This document shows, piece after piece, positions 20,721-30,205 of a stretch of DNA of 64,000 nt. Position 1 is the first letter of the stretch. Each line of letters begins with the position of its first letter. Made by a program: the position numbers and the translations under genes. The stretch is taken from contig JBEKTQ010000001.1 of the NCBI GenBank assembly GCA_049515895.1, positions 128,001-192,000 on the forward strand, in the 5' to 3' direction. This DNA comes from Candidatus Bathyarchaeia archaeon (lineage in GTDB: Archaea; Thermoproteota; Bathyarchaeia; Bathyarchaeales; Bathycorpusculaceae). The notes beneath the pieces were generated by a model, which was not told the DNA's origin, searched no databases, and saw only the letters and a program-made list of their open reading frames with translations.

Positions 20721-21506
20721 ATGTCAAATGATGAAAACACGGATCTATTGCTTGGTCTGGGTTTGAGTCTTAATCAGGCAAGGGTTTATTTAGCAATACT
20801 CAAACTGGAAAAAACAACAATAGGACAGGTAGCGAAGTTTTCAAAAGTACGCAGAGAAGACGTCTATAGAATTATGCCGTCACTCGAAAAAATGGGTCTG
20901 ATAGAAAGATTAATGGGCAAACCAGCTGTAATCAGGGCTACCCCAATCTCGGATGCCTTAAGCTTTCTAGTGGCTGAAGAAAAAGTCAAATCTGATGATC
21001 GTTTAACGGGGATGCGGAGTAAAGTCCAAAAGTTGTCTCTCAAGGATTGGAAACAGCCAGTTCTTGCAGAAGAAAGCATTTACATACTGATAGCGGAAAA
21101 GAAAGCAATTTTAGCAAAGACTTCAGAACTGATTAGAAATTCAAAAAAAGAGGTCGCGTTGATTGCCGACAAGGCAAGAATCATACCGACTTTGTCTCAG
21201 TTTTCAGAAGAATGCAAGCAGGCAATAAAGAAAGGCAGTCAGATTTGCCTAATTTTTGAAGGAGACGGTCCTGACGTTTTGCTCAAAGAAAAAGTCCAAA
21301 AACTCATCGATGGCACGTCTGTTCATATCAAATTTCATCGTGAGTCTTTGAATCACTTCATAATGTCCGATGACGAGGAAGCGTTGATTACTACCTCTAA
21401 AGAAAGCGGGTTAGGCGAGAGTCCTTCTCTTTGGACAAACAACAGCAACCTCATAGGCGTTATAAGAAAAAGTTTTGAATCCGACTGGAAAGAAGCTGAA
21501 AACTAA
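20721..21506 (+). CDS. TrmB-like HTH regulator
   Basis: LGLSLNQARVYLAIL..SKVRREDVYRIMPSLEKMGLIE HTH plus PLD-like C-terminal domain. Confidence 0.88.
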   Translation: MSNDENTDLLLGLGLSLNQARVYLAILKLEKTTIGQVAKFSKVRREDVYRIMPSLEKMGLIERLMGKPAVIRATPISDALSFLVAEEKVKSDDRLTGMRSKVQKLSLKDWKQPVLAEESIYILIAEKKAILAKTSELIRNSKKEVALIADKARIIPTLSQFSEECKQAIKKGSQICLIFEGDGPDVLLKEKVQKLIDGTSVHIKFHRESLNHFIMSDDEEALITTSKESGLGESPSLWTNNSNLIGVIRKSFESDWKEAEN

Positions 21507-21915
21507 CCCTTTTTATTGTTTACTAGTGAGTTGTTTGGACACATCTGACAAAATAATCTTAGAAGTCGTTGACATAGTGTTATCCAAACTGGACTTTGTA
21601 AATAAAGAAGAGTTTTATTCAATCCTTAAGGAAAAATACAAGCTTGATAAAACTAACCTCAGCGAAAACCTTGATACATTCCAATTAGCCCTTAAGGAAA
21701 TATATGGAATCAAGCACCTCAGAGTAGAGCGGTCACTAATTAGAGTTCTACATGAAAGGGCATTAAACGGTTACTATGAACTTAGCGATGAGATTACAGT
21801 TTTTTTGTTGATGGTTAAGGTTTTTTCTACTGATGTAAACACAGAATTAGAAAAATCGAAAGAAAAACTAAGATTGTCGCATTTCTATGAGAAAGTAAAC
21901 GATGCCAAACGCTAA
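21475..21915 (+). CDS. Hypothetical helical protein (start uncertain, possibly GTG 21526)
   Basis: FYSILKEKYKL...FQLALKEIYG..HLRVERSLIR pattern resembles small TACK-archaeal helical domains. Confidence 0.55.
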   Translation: MNPTGKKLKTNPFYCLLVSCLDTSDKIILEVVDIVLSKLDFVNKEEFYSILKEKYKLDKTNLSENLDTFQLALKEIYGIKHLRVERSLIRVLHERALNGYYELSDEITVFLLMVKVFSTDVNTELEKSKEKLRLSHFYEKVNDAKR

Positions 21916-22132
21916 GGGCAGAAAGCAAAATTAGTTTTCTTTTGGTAACTTGGTGAAATTTCCAGAGACCCTTAAACGGTTAGGGCTTTTAACGAGTGCA
22001 TTCAAGGGTTTGGATGTATTCAGTAGAATTTAGCTAGTTTTCATGAAGATAAGTCTTAAATCTGCATAGCGTAGAAAGAACAGCAATAAGGGAAGAGAGC
22101 TGTTTGTCAAGACTTGAAAGCATTAGATTACG

Positions 22133-23068
22133 TTACGCTCTTGGTAAAGAAACCTCACCCATCTCGTAATAAGCGTTCTTCATTTCCTTGAAAAGAGATG
22201 CATTTCCAAAGTAGAGATTGTCTTGATACTCAATAGCCTTAACATTTACAAGCTCTTCCAGAACATATGGTAATCTGAAGTAAACTTTTGATTTAGTCCC
22301 ATATAACATAGCAATATGGTGCTCAAAAGAATCTTTTTTCCAATAGATCAATTCTTCCGCTTCTAAAGCTGGTCTATAATAACAGCTATCAACATGAACA
22401 ACCGTCTCGAGTTGAGAAATGCCAAAGGTCTCTCTTAGAGCGGAATAACGGGTCTTGATTATGTGAGAAAGAATAGATGTATTTAGCTTCTCGGGGTCAT
22501 TGTCCGTTCCAACGCAGAGTTCAGTAAACATATTTCCATATGAATATCGATTATTCTCATGCTCAACTATTTCTAAACTTTCAAGTAATTGCAGGTACTT
22601 TCTAAGTTTGATAGCTTCTTTGATAGGAAGGGCATCAATATCACTATCTGGTATAGTCTTGTTCCATTTCAATCGAGAAATAATCATTCCGATTTTACCT
22701 AAGAAAAACTTGGCTTCATTTGTTTTAGCTAATTTGTCGGATGATGCCTTCACAATTATTTTTTCTGCTCGTTCTTGCCAGATATTAAGATAATCTGAAA
22801 GATTGTTTACGCAATCATCTCTTGAGGTTGCCTCAATGGATTGAAGATTTTCTGCAACTTTAATAGCTCCAAGTCTGCGAAGAGAAAGGAATTTCACGAT
22901 TCTCTCTTCAGGGCAACGGTCGTCATGGATAATTCGAGGATAGTCAGATTGTAGCTCTGCAATCCATCCTTTTCCTTCAGGATCAAACTCAGGTTCACCA
23001 ACAGAAATGAGGTTGCCATAATGTTGAATTGCGTAATTACGAATTACAGACTTAACGCTCATTCCCAT
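22133..23068 (-). CDS. Hypothetical protein, partner of the C39-like peptidase; possible winged-helix segments
   Basis: 311-aa ORF overlapping the end of the peptidase gene. KLRKYLQLLESLEIVEHENNRYSY and VLEELVNVKAIEYQDNLYFG look like wHTH helix-plus-wing units. Confidence 0.8.
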   Translation of the reverse strand: MGMSVKSVIRNYAIQHYGNLISVGEPEFDPEGKGWIAELQSDYPRIIHDDRCPEERIVKFLSLRRLGAIKVAENLQSIEATSRDDCVNNLSDYLNIWQERAEKIIVKASSDKLAKTNEAKFFLGKIGMIISRLKWNKTIPDSDIDALPIKEAIKLRKYLQLLESLEIVEHENNRYSYGNMFTELCVGTDNDPEKLNTSILSHIIKTRYSALRETFGISQLETVVHVDSCYYRPALEAEELIYWKKDSFEHHIAMLYGTKSKVYFRLPYVLEELVNVKAIEYQDNLYFGNASLFKEMKNAYYEMGEVSLPRA

Positions 23069-23687
23069 TTTCTAATCCCTTTTCTTGCTCGAGTAATTCT
23101 TTTCCCAGAGGAAATTCTTCTAACATCCTTTGTTTCTTTTTACCTATTTTAACTTTTATTAGAACTCGGTCTTCTTCATCCCATAAGGTGACAAAGTCAG
23201 TAATTTTTGCGGTCTTTTCGCCATATATCGGGTCATTATAATAAATCTGACCACTTTCTCTTTCTATACCTGTAATCACGACAGCATGAGCGCATTTCTT
23301 TATGTGCTCTTCATCATAGAGGCGAATCCACGCTATTGGGGGTTGATCATCCCCAATTTCACTTTCTATTTCATCTAATGTATGTGAACTTAGTTTTAGT
23401 TCAAATTCAATCGAAGGAATAGAAGACGCCAATTCGCTGATCTTATTAGAGTTTAAGTTTAGAACTTTGTCTGGAAAAGTCCCATCCTTCTTTGTTTCAA
23501 TTATTTTTCCTATCTTTTCCAAATCGAAGTCTGGTACACGACTTCCTTCAAATTCATTGGCAACAAACATGAAAATCATTTTAATGCATCTTGGAACGCA
23601 AGAAAAACCATCTTCCTGACGAGGTACCACCATAGGCAAGATAGTCGAGGCGTGACAATAGCACCTGATTATGCCTAATTTGTCCAA
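23052..23687 (-). CDS. C39-like (papain fold) cysteine peptidase
   Basis: Q-x4-SC (PRQEDGFSCVPRC), HAVVITG and IYYNDP.YG give the Cys/His/Asp arrangement; no signal peptide or ABC domain. Confidence 0.82.
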   Translation of the reverse strand: MDKLGIIRCYCHASTILPMVVPRQEDGFSCVPRCIKMIFMFVANEFEGSRVPDFDLEKIGKIIETKKDGTFPDKVLNLNSNKISELASSIPSIEFELKLSSHTLDEIESEIGDDQPPIAWIRLYDEEHIKKCAHAVVITGIERESGQIYYNDPIYGEKTAKITDFVTLWDEEDRVLIKVKIGKKKQRMLEEFPLGKELLEQEKGLENGNER

Positions 23688-23999
23688 CTCGTATATCAGA
23701 TTTGCCCTTATTAGCTTGAATGGATGAGAGGATAATGTTCAATTAGGGATATTTTAAAAAACCATCCCTTTTGTTTATTCGTTCTACAGTTTGAGACCAC
23801 TTACGGCTAAGCAATATTCTTTATAAGACACTATCTATCCCATGTTTAAACAAAAAAACTAAAGGTTGAATGAGCTTGAGAAAAGCAATATTTAACTTTT
23901 TTTGTGCCTTTTAGTTTAAATTATCGACATATAACCTTGCCCAGCAGAGAAAGAAAATTATAAGAAACACTCAACAATGATAATCTTGCAGGGAAAAGA

Positions 24000-24773
24000 A
24001 TGAAGTTCATCGATGCTCATTTGCACCTATCAGATACCGAATATGTCGGTCACATTGATGAGTTAATTGCGGACGCAAAGGCTGCGGGTGTTGTAGCGCT
24101 AATGACAAATTCCATGGATTTAAGAACTTGCAAAAGCGATCTGGAAATGGCAGAAAAATACTCTGGCTTGGTTTACCCCGCCCTGGGAATTCATCCATGG
24201 AACGTAAATGTCCTCACAAACAACGAGCTTGAGCAAGTCATCGAACTGATAGCGGAGCAAAGAAGAGTGGTAAAAGCAATAGGCGAAATTGGCTTAGACT
24301 CCAAGTATGAGACCGTGTGGGAAAAGCAAATGATGGTTTTCGACAAAATGCTACGGCTTGCAGAAGAGCTTGAGCTTCCTGTGATAATCCACAGTCGCGG
24401 AACAACCGACAAAATAATAGATATGCTTCCTTCGTACCATCTTAAGCGAGTCCTGTTTCATTGGTTCGGCTATCCGTTGAGCACGCTGTCCAAAGCGATG
24501 GATAGAGGGTATTTCATCACTGAGGGGCCACCTGCAGCCTACTCGAACGGAATACGGGAAATCATAGAAAAAGTGGCGCTGACACAGTTTTTAACAGAAA
24601 CAGACGGTCCAGTCAAGTATTACAAGCTTCCCTTCAGTGGGCAACTAACTAAGCCTTCATTCATCAGCAAGGTTATTGAAGCTGTGGCTGAAATCAAAAA
24701 GATGCCGGTTGACGAGGTTGCCCAGCAAATATTTGAGAACTTTCAAGTTTTCTTTAACATAAAACTTAACTGA
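24000..24773 (+). CDS. tatD: TatD family nuclease
   Basis: IDAHLHL, GIHPW, AIGEIGLD, PVIIHSR, LTETDGP. Confidence 0.94.
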   Translation: MKFIDAHLHLSDTEYVGHIDELIADAKAAGVVALMTNSMDLRTCKSDLEMAEKYSGLVYPALGIHPWNVNVLTNNELEQVIELIAEQRRVVKAIGEIGLDSKYETVWEKQMMVFDKMLRLAEELELPVIIHSRGTTDKIIDMLPSYHLKRVLFHWFGYPLSTLSKAMDRGYFITEGPPAAYSNGIREIIEKVALTQFLTETDGPVKYYKLPFSGQLTKPSFISKVIEAVAEIKKMPVDEVAQQIFENFQVFFNIKLN

Positions 24774-24925
24774 AGCGGCTCTGAATGCCCTTAAAAGTTT
24801 TTTTTTACACTTTGAATAGGCGCTACTAAGCGTAAACTTAAATTAAACCATTCATCTATTGGGAATTGCTCTTGCGCTTTTCAAGCGTCGGACACTAAAC
24901 TATTGATTAGATGAGGATTTGGGAT

Positions 24926-25162
24926 TTGGGAAAAGTTAAGACTGATCAAGTAAAAAGAGCTGGTAAAGAACTGATGCATCGGTTTCCAGAAAAATTCAAC
25001 ACCAACTTTGACGAAAACAAGGTTGCTGTTGAAACTTTAACGCAGGGAACAACCACGCGGGTTAGGAATCAAATTGCTGGTTACATTACTCGCACAAACG
25101 CGCTGGCTAAGGCCAATTCGGGAACCGAACCGATTGAAAGTGACGAAGAAGATTCAGAGTAA
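24926..25162 (+). CDS. rps17e: 30S ribosomal protein S17e (eS17)
   Basis: (M)GKVKTDQVKR, FNTNFDENK, RNQIAGYITR; TTG start at 24926. Confidence 0.94.
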   Translation: MGKVKTDQVKRAGKELMHRFPEKFNTNFDENKVAVETLTQGTTTRVRNQIAGYITRTNALAKANSGTEPIESDEEDSE

Positions 25163-25187
25163 TCTCTCTTAAAAAAGGAAAACCTAC

Positions 25188-25565
25188 ATGATGGATGGCT
25201 ATAGGAAAGGGTGGGCACTGCGGTACCTTCGTGAAGCAAAAGCTGAGTTGGAAGCAGCAAGAAAAATCCCTTATATGGCTCCAGGATTGGTTTTAGAAGC
25301 AATCAGAAAAGCGAGAAACGCTATTTATTACAGCCTAGGCGAGCCTGCCTTCATTGAAATACTCATTCGGGAAGAAGTCCTGAAAAACCCCGCTACGACC
25401 GATTCAATTTTGCGTTTTCTAATGGAAATCGAATCAGTCGTCCAACAGATGCAACAGTTAGAAGAAGTGAACGGAGATGCAATGATGAAACAAGCAGACT
25501 CAATCGTTGGAATAGCAACTGACATCGTGGAAACGTTGACCGAAGAAAGAGTACCCAACTCCTAG
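25188..25565 (+). CDS. Hypothetical all-helical protein, HEPN-like
   Basis: WALRYLREAKAELEAA N-terminal helix resembles HEPN domains. Confidence 0.6.
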   Translation: MMDGYRKGWALRYLREAKAELEAARKIPYMAPGLVLEAIRKARNAIYYSLGEPAFIEILIREEVLKNPATTDSILRFLMEIESVVQQMQQLEEVNGDAMMKQADSIVGIATDIVETLTEERVPNS

Positions 25566-25630
25566 GTCCAACCATTGGGCGCGCAAACAATTTTAACGTT
25601 AATGTCAATTCTATATTCTAAGCGAAAACG

Positions 25631-25915
25631 ATGGTGCTTACAATAAAATTCATTGGCGCGCTACGCCACATAACAGGCAAAACGCAGTTGACCATCAACT
25701 TTGAAAAAGAAATGTCGCTGAAAGAATTGCTCGCAAGAATCAGCCAAGAAATGCCAAAGCTAGAAAAATCCTTTAGCGACCAGCAAAATGGCGATTCGAC
25801 ATCCAACGCCTTGATACTAGTCAACGGGAGGGAAATCAGCGTTTTGGAAGGTTTACAAACCAAGCTAAGTGATGGGGACGAAATCGTTTTTGTTCCCGTT
25901 GTGCATGGCGGTTGA
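25631..25915 (+). CDS. MoaD/ThiS/SAMP ubiquitin-like protein
   Basis: IKFIGALR, ILVNGREI, LSDGDEIVFVPVVHGG with C-terminal GG. Confidence 0.92.
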   Translation: MVLTIKFIGALRHITGKTQLTINFEKEMSLKELLARISQEMPKLEKSFSDQQNGDSTSNALILVNGREISVLEGLQTKLSDGDEIVFVPVVHGG

Positions 25916-25918
25916 CCC

Positions 25919-26698
25919 TTGATGATTACCTTGACAAGCGACTTTGGGCTAAAAGACCCGTACGTGGCAGAAATCAAAGGTGTGATTCTGACAATAAGCC
26001 CCAACTCAACCTTGGTTGATATAACGCATCAAGTTGAAAAATTTAACGTTCGAGCTGGTGCATTCACGTTGGCTTCCGCTGCACCGTACTTTCCCGACGG
26101 CACCGTCCACTTGGCAGTTGTTGATCCAGGGGTTGGCACAAACAGACGCGCGATAGTGATAATGACGAAAAAGGGCTACTTTGTAGGGCCTGACAACGGC
26201 GTTCTGGTTTTGGCATCCCACAGCCAAGGCATCGAACACGTGTACCAGTTGGCGAAATCGAAGTTTATGATGCCGAAGGTTTCTTGCACTTTTCACGGCA
26301 GAGACATTTTTGCGCCTGCAGCTGCATATCTCGATAAAGGTGTTCAACCCGCAGAGTTTGGACCAGAAATAGATGACCCTGTTACTCCTGAATTCGTTAA
26401 AGTGAAGTTTGATAGTGGTTCGCTAACTGGCGAGGTTTTAGATGTAGACGGCTTTGGCAATATAATCACAAATATAAACGAAAAAGACTTAGTTTGTAAA
26501 GAAGGCCAGACCGTCAACGTAGAATTTGCAGCCTCCAAGTTCCAACTTACATTTGGAAAAGCATACGCTCAGGCAAAACCCAAAGAACCCATTCTTTTAG
26601 TTGGCAGTCACGGTTTTTTGGAAATCGCTTTAAATCAAGCAAGCGCAGCCGAAAAATTCCATGTGAAAGCTAGAGACAAAATCAAAGTCGTGGCCTAA
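25919..26698 (+). CDS. SAM hydroxide adenosyltransferase (DUF62, fluorinase/chlorinase family)
   Basis: ITLTSDFG, VVDPGVGT, GPDNG, TFHGRDIFAP, DGFGN, LEIA. Confidence 0.92.
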   Translation: MMITLTSDFGLKDPYVAEIKGVILTISPNSTLVDITHQVEKFNVRAGAFTLASAAPYFPDGTVHLAVVDPGVGTNRRAIVIMTKKGYFVGPDNGVLVLASHSQGIEHVYQLAKSKFMMPKVSCTFHGRDIFAPAAAYLDKGVQPAEFGPEIDDPVTPEFVKVKFDSGSLTGEVLDVDGFGNIITNINEKDLVCKEGQTVNVEFAASKFQLTFGKAYAQAKPKEPILLVGSHGFLEIALNQASAAEKFHVKARDKIKVVA

Positions 26699-27669
26699 AG
26701 GGTCTTCACAACTTTTTCGATCACGTCAACGGGGTTCTCTAACTCCGCAAGATTACTTTTTACATCAAATCTTTTGCAAAGATACTTCTTCGCGTAAGCC
26801 AGTACTCCTCGTTCTGTTGTGGCAAATAGCGGGAACCCCTTCTTGGTCAAGTAACGGTTAACGTTGGTTTTCGCCATGTCCGAAACGGCTATGCTGGGGA
26901 CACCTTGGAGCGCTGCTTCCCTCGCAATCGTTCCACCGTAGCTAACGACTAAATCCGCGTTTGCAACCAAGTTTGCTGAATCCACAAATCCTTCTTTGAA
27001 TCCGAAGGCTTCGCCTTGCGTGCTGTATCTTTCTATGAAATGAACATTGCCTAGCTTGCCGAGTTTCTCTGCCATCAATTTTGCGAGGTCTTGCTTGCCT
27101 CCCGCGTAAGCAGCTTTGGTTTCCATTTGTCTGATAACTATAAGCGGCTTCTTTAGTCCGTCAATTTTTCTTTGCTTGAAGTCCTTAATCCAAGCGACCT
27201 CGTCGACGCCTTTGAAAGGAACCCTATTTTTGGCGCAGTGCTGAGTGACAAAGCTTTTCGGCAGCGCCTCCGACACAACAACCGTGTGCGCAAAAGGTAT
27301 TGTTAGCTGGTTGACGGCTGTGGCATGTGGGGTGTCTGCGGTTAAGATGATTGGGATTCCGAGGCCGAAGGCTGTTCGGCAAAGTTCAACCGATTGATGT
27401 GCGATGGCGACGTCTGGGGGGTTATCCTTGAAAAGCTCGGCGAACCCCATTACTCGTTCGGCGCTTTCTTTAAGCCTTGAGGTAAGTGTGGACGGGTTGT
27501 ATTTGCCTATGACGATTGGTTTTTCATCGAGAATCTTAGCCATCGGCAGCGTGTCTGGGTGTTCACGCGTCGTAAAAACGTATTCATGCCCCGCTTTCCT
27601 TAGCCGCTGTCCGATAGCTGACCCATACCTCACGTGTTTGCCCGTGCATGCGTCATACCAAATTTTCAT
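26695..27669 (-). CDS. DUF354 family protein (GT-B fold)
   Basis: MKIWYD..TGKHV, FKGVDEVAWI, GGTIAREAALQGVPSI. Confidence 0.85.
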   Translation of the reverse strand: MKIWYDACTGKHVRYGSAIGQRLRKAGHEYVFTTREHPDTLPMAKILDEKPIVIGKYNPSTLTSRLKESAERVMGFAELFKDNPPDVAIAHQSVELCRTAFGLGIPIILTADTPHATAVNQLTIPFAHTVVVSEALPKSFVTQHCAKNRVPFKGVDEVAWIKDFKQRKIDGLKKPLIVIRQMETKAAYAGGKQDLAKLMAEKLGKLGNVHFIERYSTQGEAFGFKEGFVDSANLVANADLVVSYGGTIAREAALQGVPSIAVSDMAKTNVNRYLTKKGFPLFATTERGVLAYAKKYLCKRFDVKSNLAELENPVDVIEKVVKTL

Positions 27670-28178
27670 TTCTTCACCTTGCGCTTTGCCTCAATGAACT
27701 CTTTCCGTTTAGCTTCATATTCCTCCAAACTCATCACGAAAGCTGCTGGAACGCCTTGAGAGACAGTTTCAGACCGCACACTTTTGGTCACGACGCTTCC
27801 GCCGCCGATCACTGCTTTTTCGCCTATAGTTACGTCTGGAAGGACAGTGACTCCTCCGCCGATTACAGCGCCGTTTTTGATGACTGGTGGGGTCAGAAAG
27901 GTGCTTTTCGGGTACTTGTCATTTAAAATTGAACTGTTAGGCGCGATGAACACGTCATCGCCTAGTACGACGCCGTTTGAGATTGTTACGTGTGCCTGTA
28001 TGTTGCAGTTTTTGCCTATAACCACGTTTTTGCCTATGTCACAGAAACTACCGATGAGGGTGCCGTCGCCGATTTTTGTGTTATCGCCAATCACAACGTA
28101 ATTCCAGATTGCCACGTTTGCGCCTATCTGGACGTTTGCTCCAGTGACTACACCTACGCCTTTCTTTGGATTCTGCAT
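27666..28178 (-). CDS. Hexapeptide-repeat N-acyltransferase (WbpD-like)
   Basis: Left-handed beta-helix repeats (IGDNTKIGDGTLIG), NDKYP, GVPA. Confidence 0.88.
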   Translation of the reverse strand: MQNPKKGVGVVTGANVQIGANVAIWNYVVIGDNTKIGDGTLIGSFCDIGKNVVIGKNCNIQAHVTISNGVVLGDDVFIAPNSSILNDKYPKSTFLTPPVIKNGAVIGGGVTVLPDVTIGEKAVIGGGSVVTKSVRSETVSQGVPAAFVMSLEEYEAKRKEFIEAKRKVKK

Positions 28179-28251
28179 AAACTCTCCTTGCGGGCTCCAG
28201 ATTTAAATAGTTTAAGCTTAACATTGAGTTTCTAAGGGTGGATGCAAGCAT

Positions 28252-29136
28252 TTGACCAAAGAAACAGTTCTGATTATAGGTTTAGGCGAAATCGGGCATA
28301 CTCTTTTCGCATTGTTTACTGAGCAGAAAAAAAGCTTCAGCATTTACGGCTTGGATTTAGATGAAACAAAGATGCGTCAGCAAGGACAAGATAGAAATCA
28401 CCTTCCACGCTCGGTTGACACCGTGCATATCTGCTTGCCCTGCGGTTCCCAAGAAAAATTCGTAGACGCTGCTGCTGGCTACATTGAAGAGTTTAAGCCG
28501 AACCTTGCAATTGTCAACAGCACAGTCCCGCCGGGAACCACCTTGAAGGTCGCGGCAAGATGCAACTGTCTGGTTGCACATTCACCGTCGCGTGGTGTAC
28601 ACAAGAATGCTGAGCATATGATTTGGGAGATGAAGCGCTGGACGAAGTACGTTGGCGGCGCAGACGCGGCTGCTGCAGAGCTTGCCCGAGCCCATTTTGA
28701 AAAACTGGGTTTAAAAGTGAAGGTGCTCAAAAGCTGCACGGAGACGGAACTCGCCAAGCTTTTCGAGACAACTTACCGTGCGTGGATGATTGCATGCTTC
28801 CAAGAGATGCACAGGATTTCCAGGGCTTTCGGCGCCGACTTTAACGAAACAGTCGATTTCCTTGAGGATACCCACCGCCTGCGGTTCGACAGGCCAGTGA
28901 TGTTTCCAGGCGTAATCGGCGGACACTGCTTAATCCCAAACACTGAACTGCTGCTGGATGCTTATGACTCGGAGTTTCTCCGTTTGATTTTGAAGTCTAA
29001 CGAAAAGCGCAAGAAGGAAGTCCAGGACGAGGCTGTCAGAGCGGAAGTTGCGAAGGTTGCCGCGAGGGCTGTGGCGTTGGAGAAAGAGCTTGCGGGAGAA
29101 AAGAACGAGACCATTGAGCCAAACCAGTGCGGGTAA
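28252..29136 (+). CDS. UDP-glucose/GDP-mannose dehydrogenase family protein, short form
   Basis: IIGLGEIG, NSTVPPGTT, ELAKLFETTYR, GGHCL catalytic Cys; appears to lack the usual C-terminal domain. Confidence 0.85.
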   Translation: MTKETVLIIGLGEIGHTLFALFTEQKKSFSIYGLDLDETKMRQQGQDRNHLPRSVDTVHICLPCGSQEKFVDAAAGYIEEFKPNLAIVNSTVPPGTTLKVAARCNCLVAHSPSRGVHKNAEHMIWEMKRWTKYVGGADAAAAELARAHFEKLGLKVKVLKSCTETELAKLFETTYRAWMIACFQEMHRISRAFGADFNETVDFLEDTHRLRFDRPVMFPGVIGGHCLIPNTELLLDAYDSEFLRLILKSNEKRKKEVQDEAVRAEVAKVAARAVALEKELAGEKNETIEPNQCG

Positions 29137-29292
29137 GTATTTCCGGCAACCTCTTTTGCAAATGCTTCATCCTGAATTTAGCGTTTGCAAGCAACTTTTC
29201 ATCAGACGCTTTTTCTGACGGAATTTCTCTTTGAAGATGATAACATTAATACGAACAGAGATACAATAAATGGCAACGCTCGCGTGAACCTA

Positions 29293-30096
29293 ATGAAGTT
29301 AGATGTTGTGCTTTTGACCAAAAACAGCCTTAAACCCTGTTTATCTGAGTGTGTGGAATCCATTTACCGCAACGTACCCGTTAACAGGCTTCTTGTGGTA
29401 GATGGCGGAAGCACTGACGGCACCTTGGAGTTGCTGCGAAAATACCCTAACGTCAAAATCATAGAGGACCTGCAAGGGACAAGGGCGAGCGCGCGGCAGA
29501 AAGGGATTAAAGCGGTAGAGACAGACTGGCATATTCACGTTGACTCTGATGTCATTCTTTGCGAAAACTGGTTCAGCAAGGCTTGGGAAAACGTTGCAGA
29601 CGATGTCGGAGCGGTTTGGGGCGTGGCGGTGCCGAATGAGAAACATTACTACAACGCGACTTACGCAATGTCCAAGCTGTACCGAATAAGCGTAAAAGAC
29701 TTGATGGTTAGGCAGATGCGCAGCGAACGCTGCATGATGCATGACACCCTCATCCGAACAAGCACGGTTCGGGACATAAAGATCCCCCCGAACCTGCACA
29801 TCTATGAGGACGACTACATAGGTAAACACATAATTCAGAAGGGGTACAGGTTCTTGAAAGTCACCGAACCCTACTGCCTGCACAACGTAACGCCCAACGA
29901 GCGCACCCAAAGCTATGTCACAACAGGCTACCTGCTGAAAACGTACCACTACGGGCGGTTCAGCCAGGTTCTCCGATGGGTTTTGCTGGCGATTCCCAAG
30001 TCAGCATGGATATTTGTCGTGACCAGAGATTTCCAAGCGTCCAAAACCAACTTCATAAGCAACGTCTTAGTTTTCAAAGGATGGCTGGCAGCTTAA
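29293..30096 (+). CDS. Glycosyltransferase family 2
   Basis: VVDGGSTDGT, HVDSD DxD, IYED; ATG at 29293. Confidence 0.92.
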   Translation: MKLDVVLLTKNSLKPCLSECVESIYRNVPVNRLLVVDGGSTDGTLELLRKYPNVKIIEDLQGTRASARQKGIKAVETDWHIHVDSDVILCENWFSKAWENVADDVGAVWGVAVPNEKHYYNATYAMSKLYRISVKDLMVRQMRSERCMMHDTLIRTSTVRDIKIPPNLHIYEDDYIGKHIIQKGYRFLKVTEPYCLHNVTPNERTQSYVTTGYLLKTYHYGRFSQVLRWVLLAIPKSAWIFVVTRDFQASKTNFISNVLVFKGWLAA

Positions 30097-30205
30097 AACG
30101 AAATGCCTCTTGCCGTTCCTCAAGTTCATCTAAGTTATTTCCAGAAAACTAAATTAAGTCTCATAATGCTTTAGTGAATAAGCCCGAAGGGTAAAGGTTG
30201 CCAAT

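Larger units (their letters stand above)
19500..23900. mobile_element. AT-rich accessory island, probably a decayed integrated element
   Basis: Visibly more AT-rich than the flanks; begins with an integrase-like fragment and holds unassigned ORFs; lies between the histone gene and tatD. Boundaries approximate; no att repeat found. Confidence 0.55.

Noticed and set aside
29341-29949. 202-aa antisense ORF, and similar antisense ORFs such as 8796-9524
   Set aside because: Shadow frames of well-supported genes on the opposite strand.
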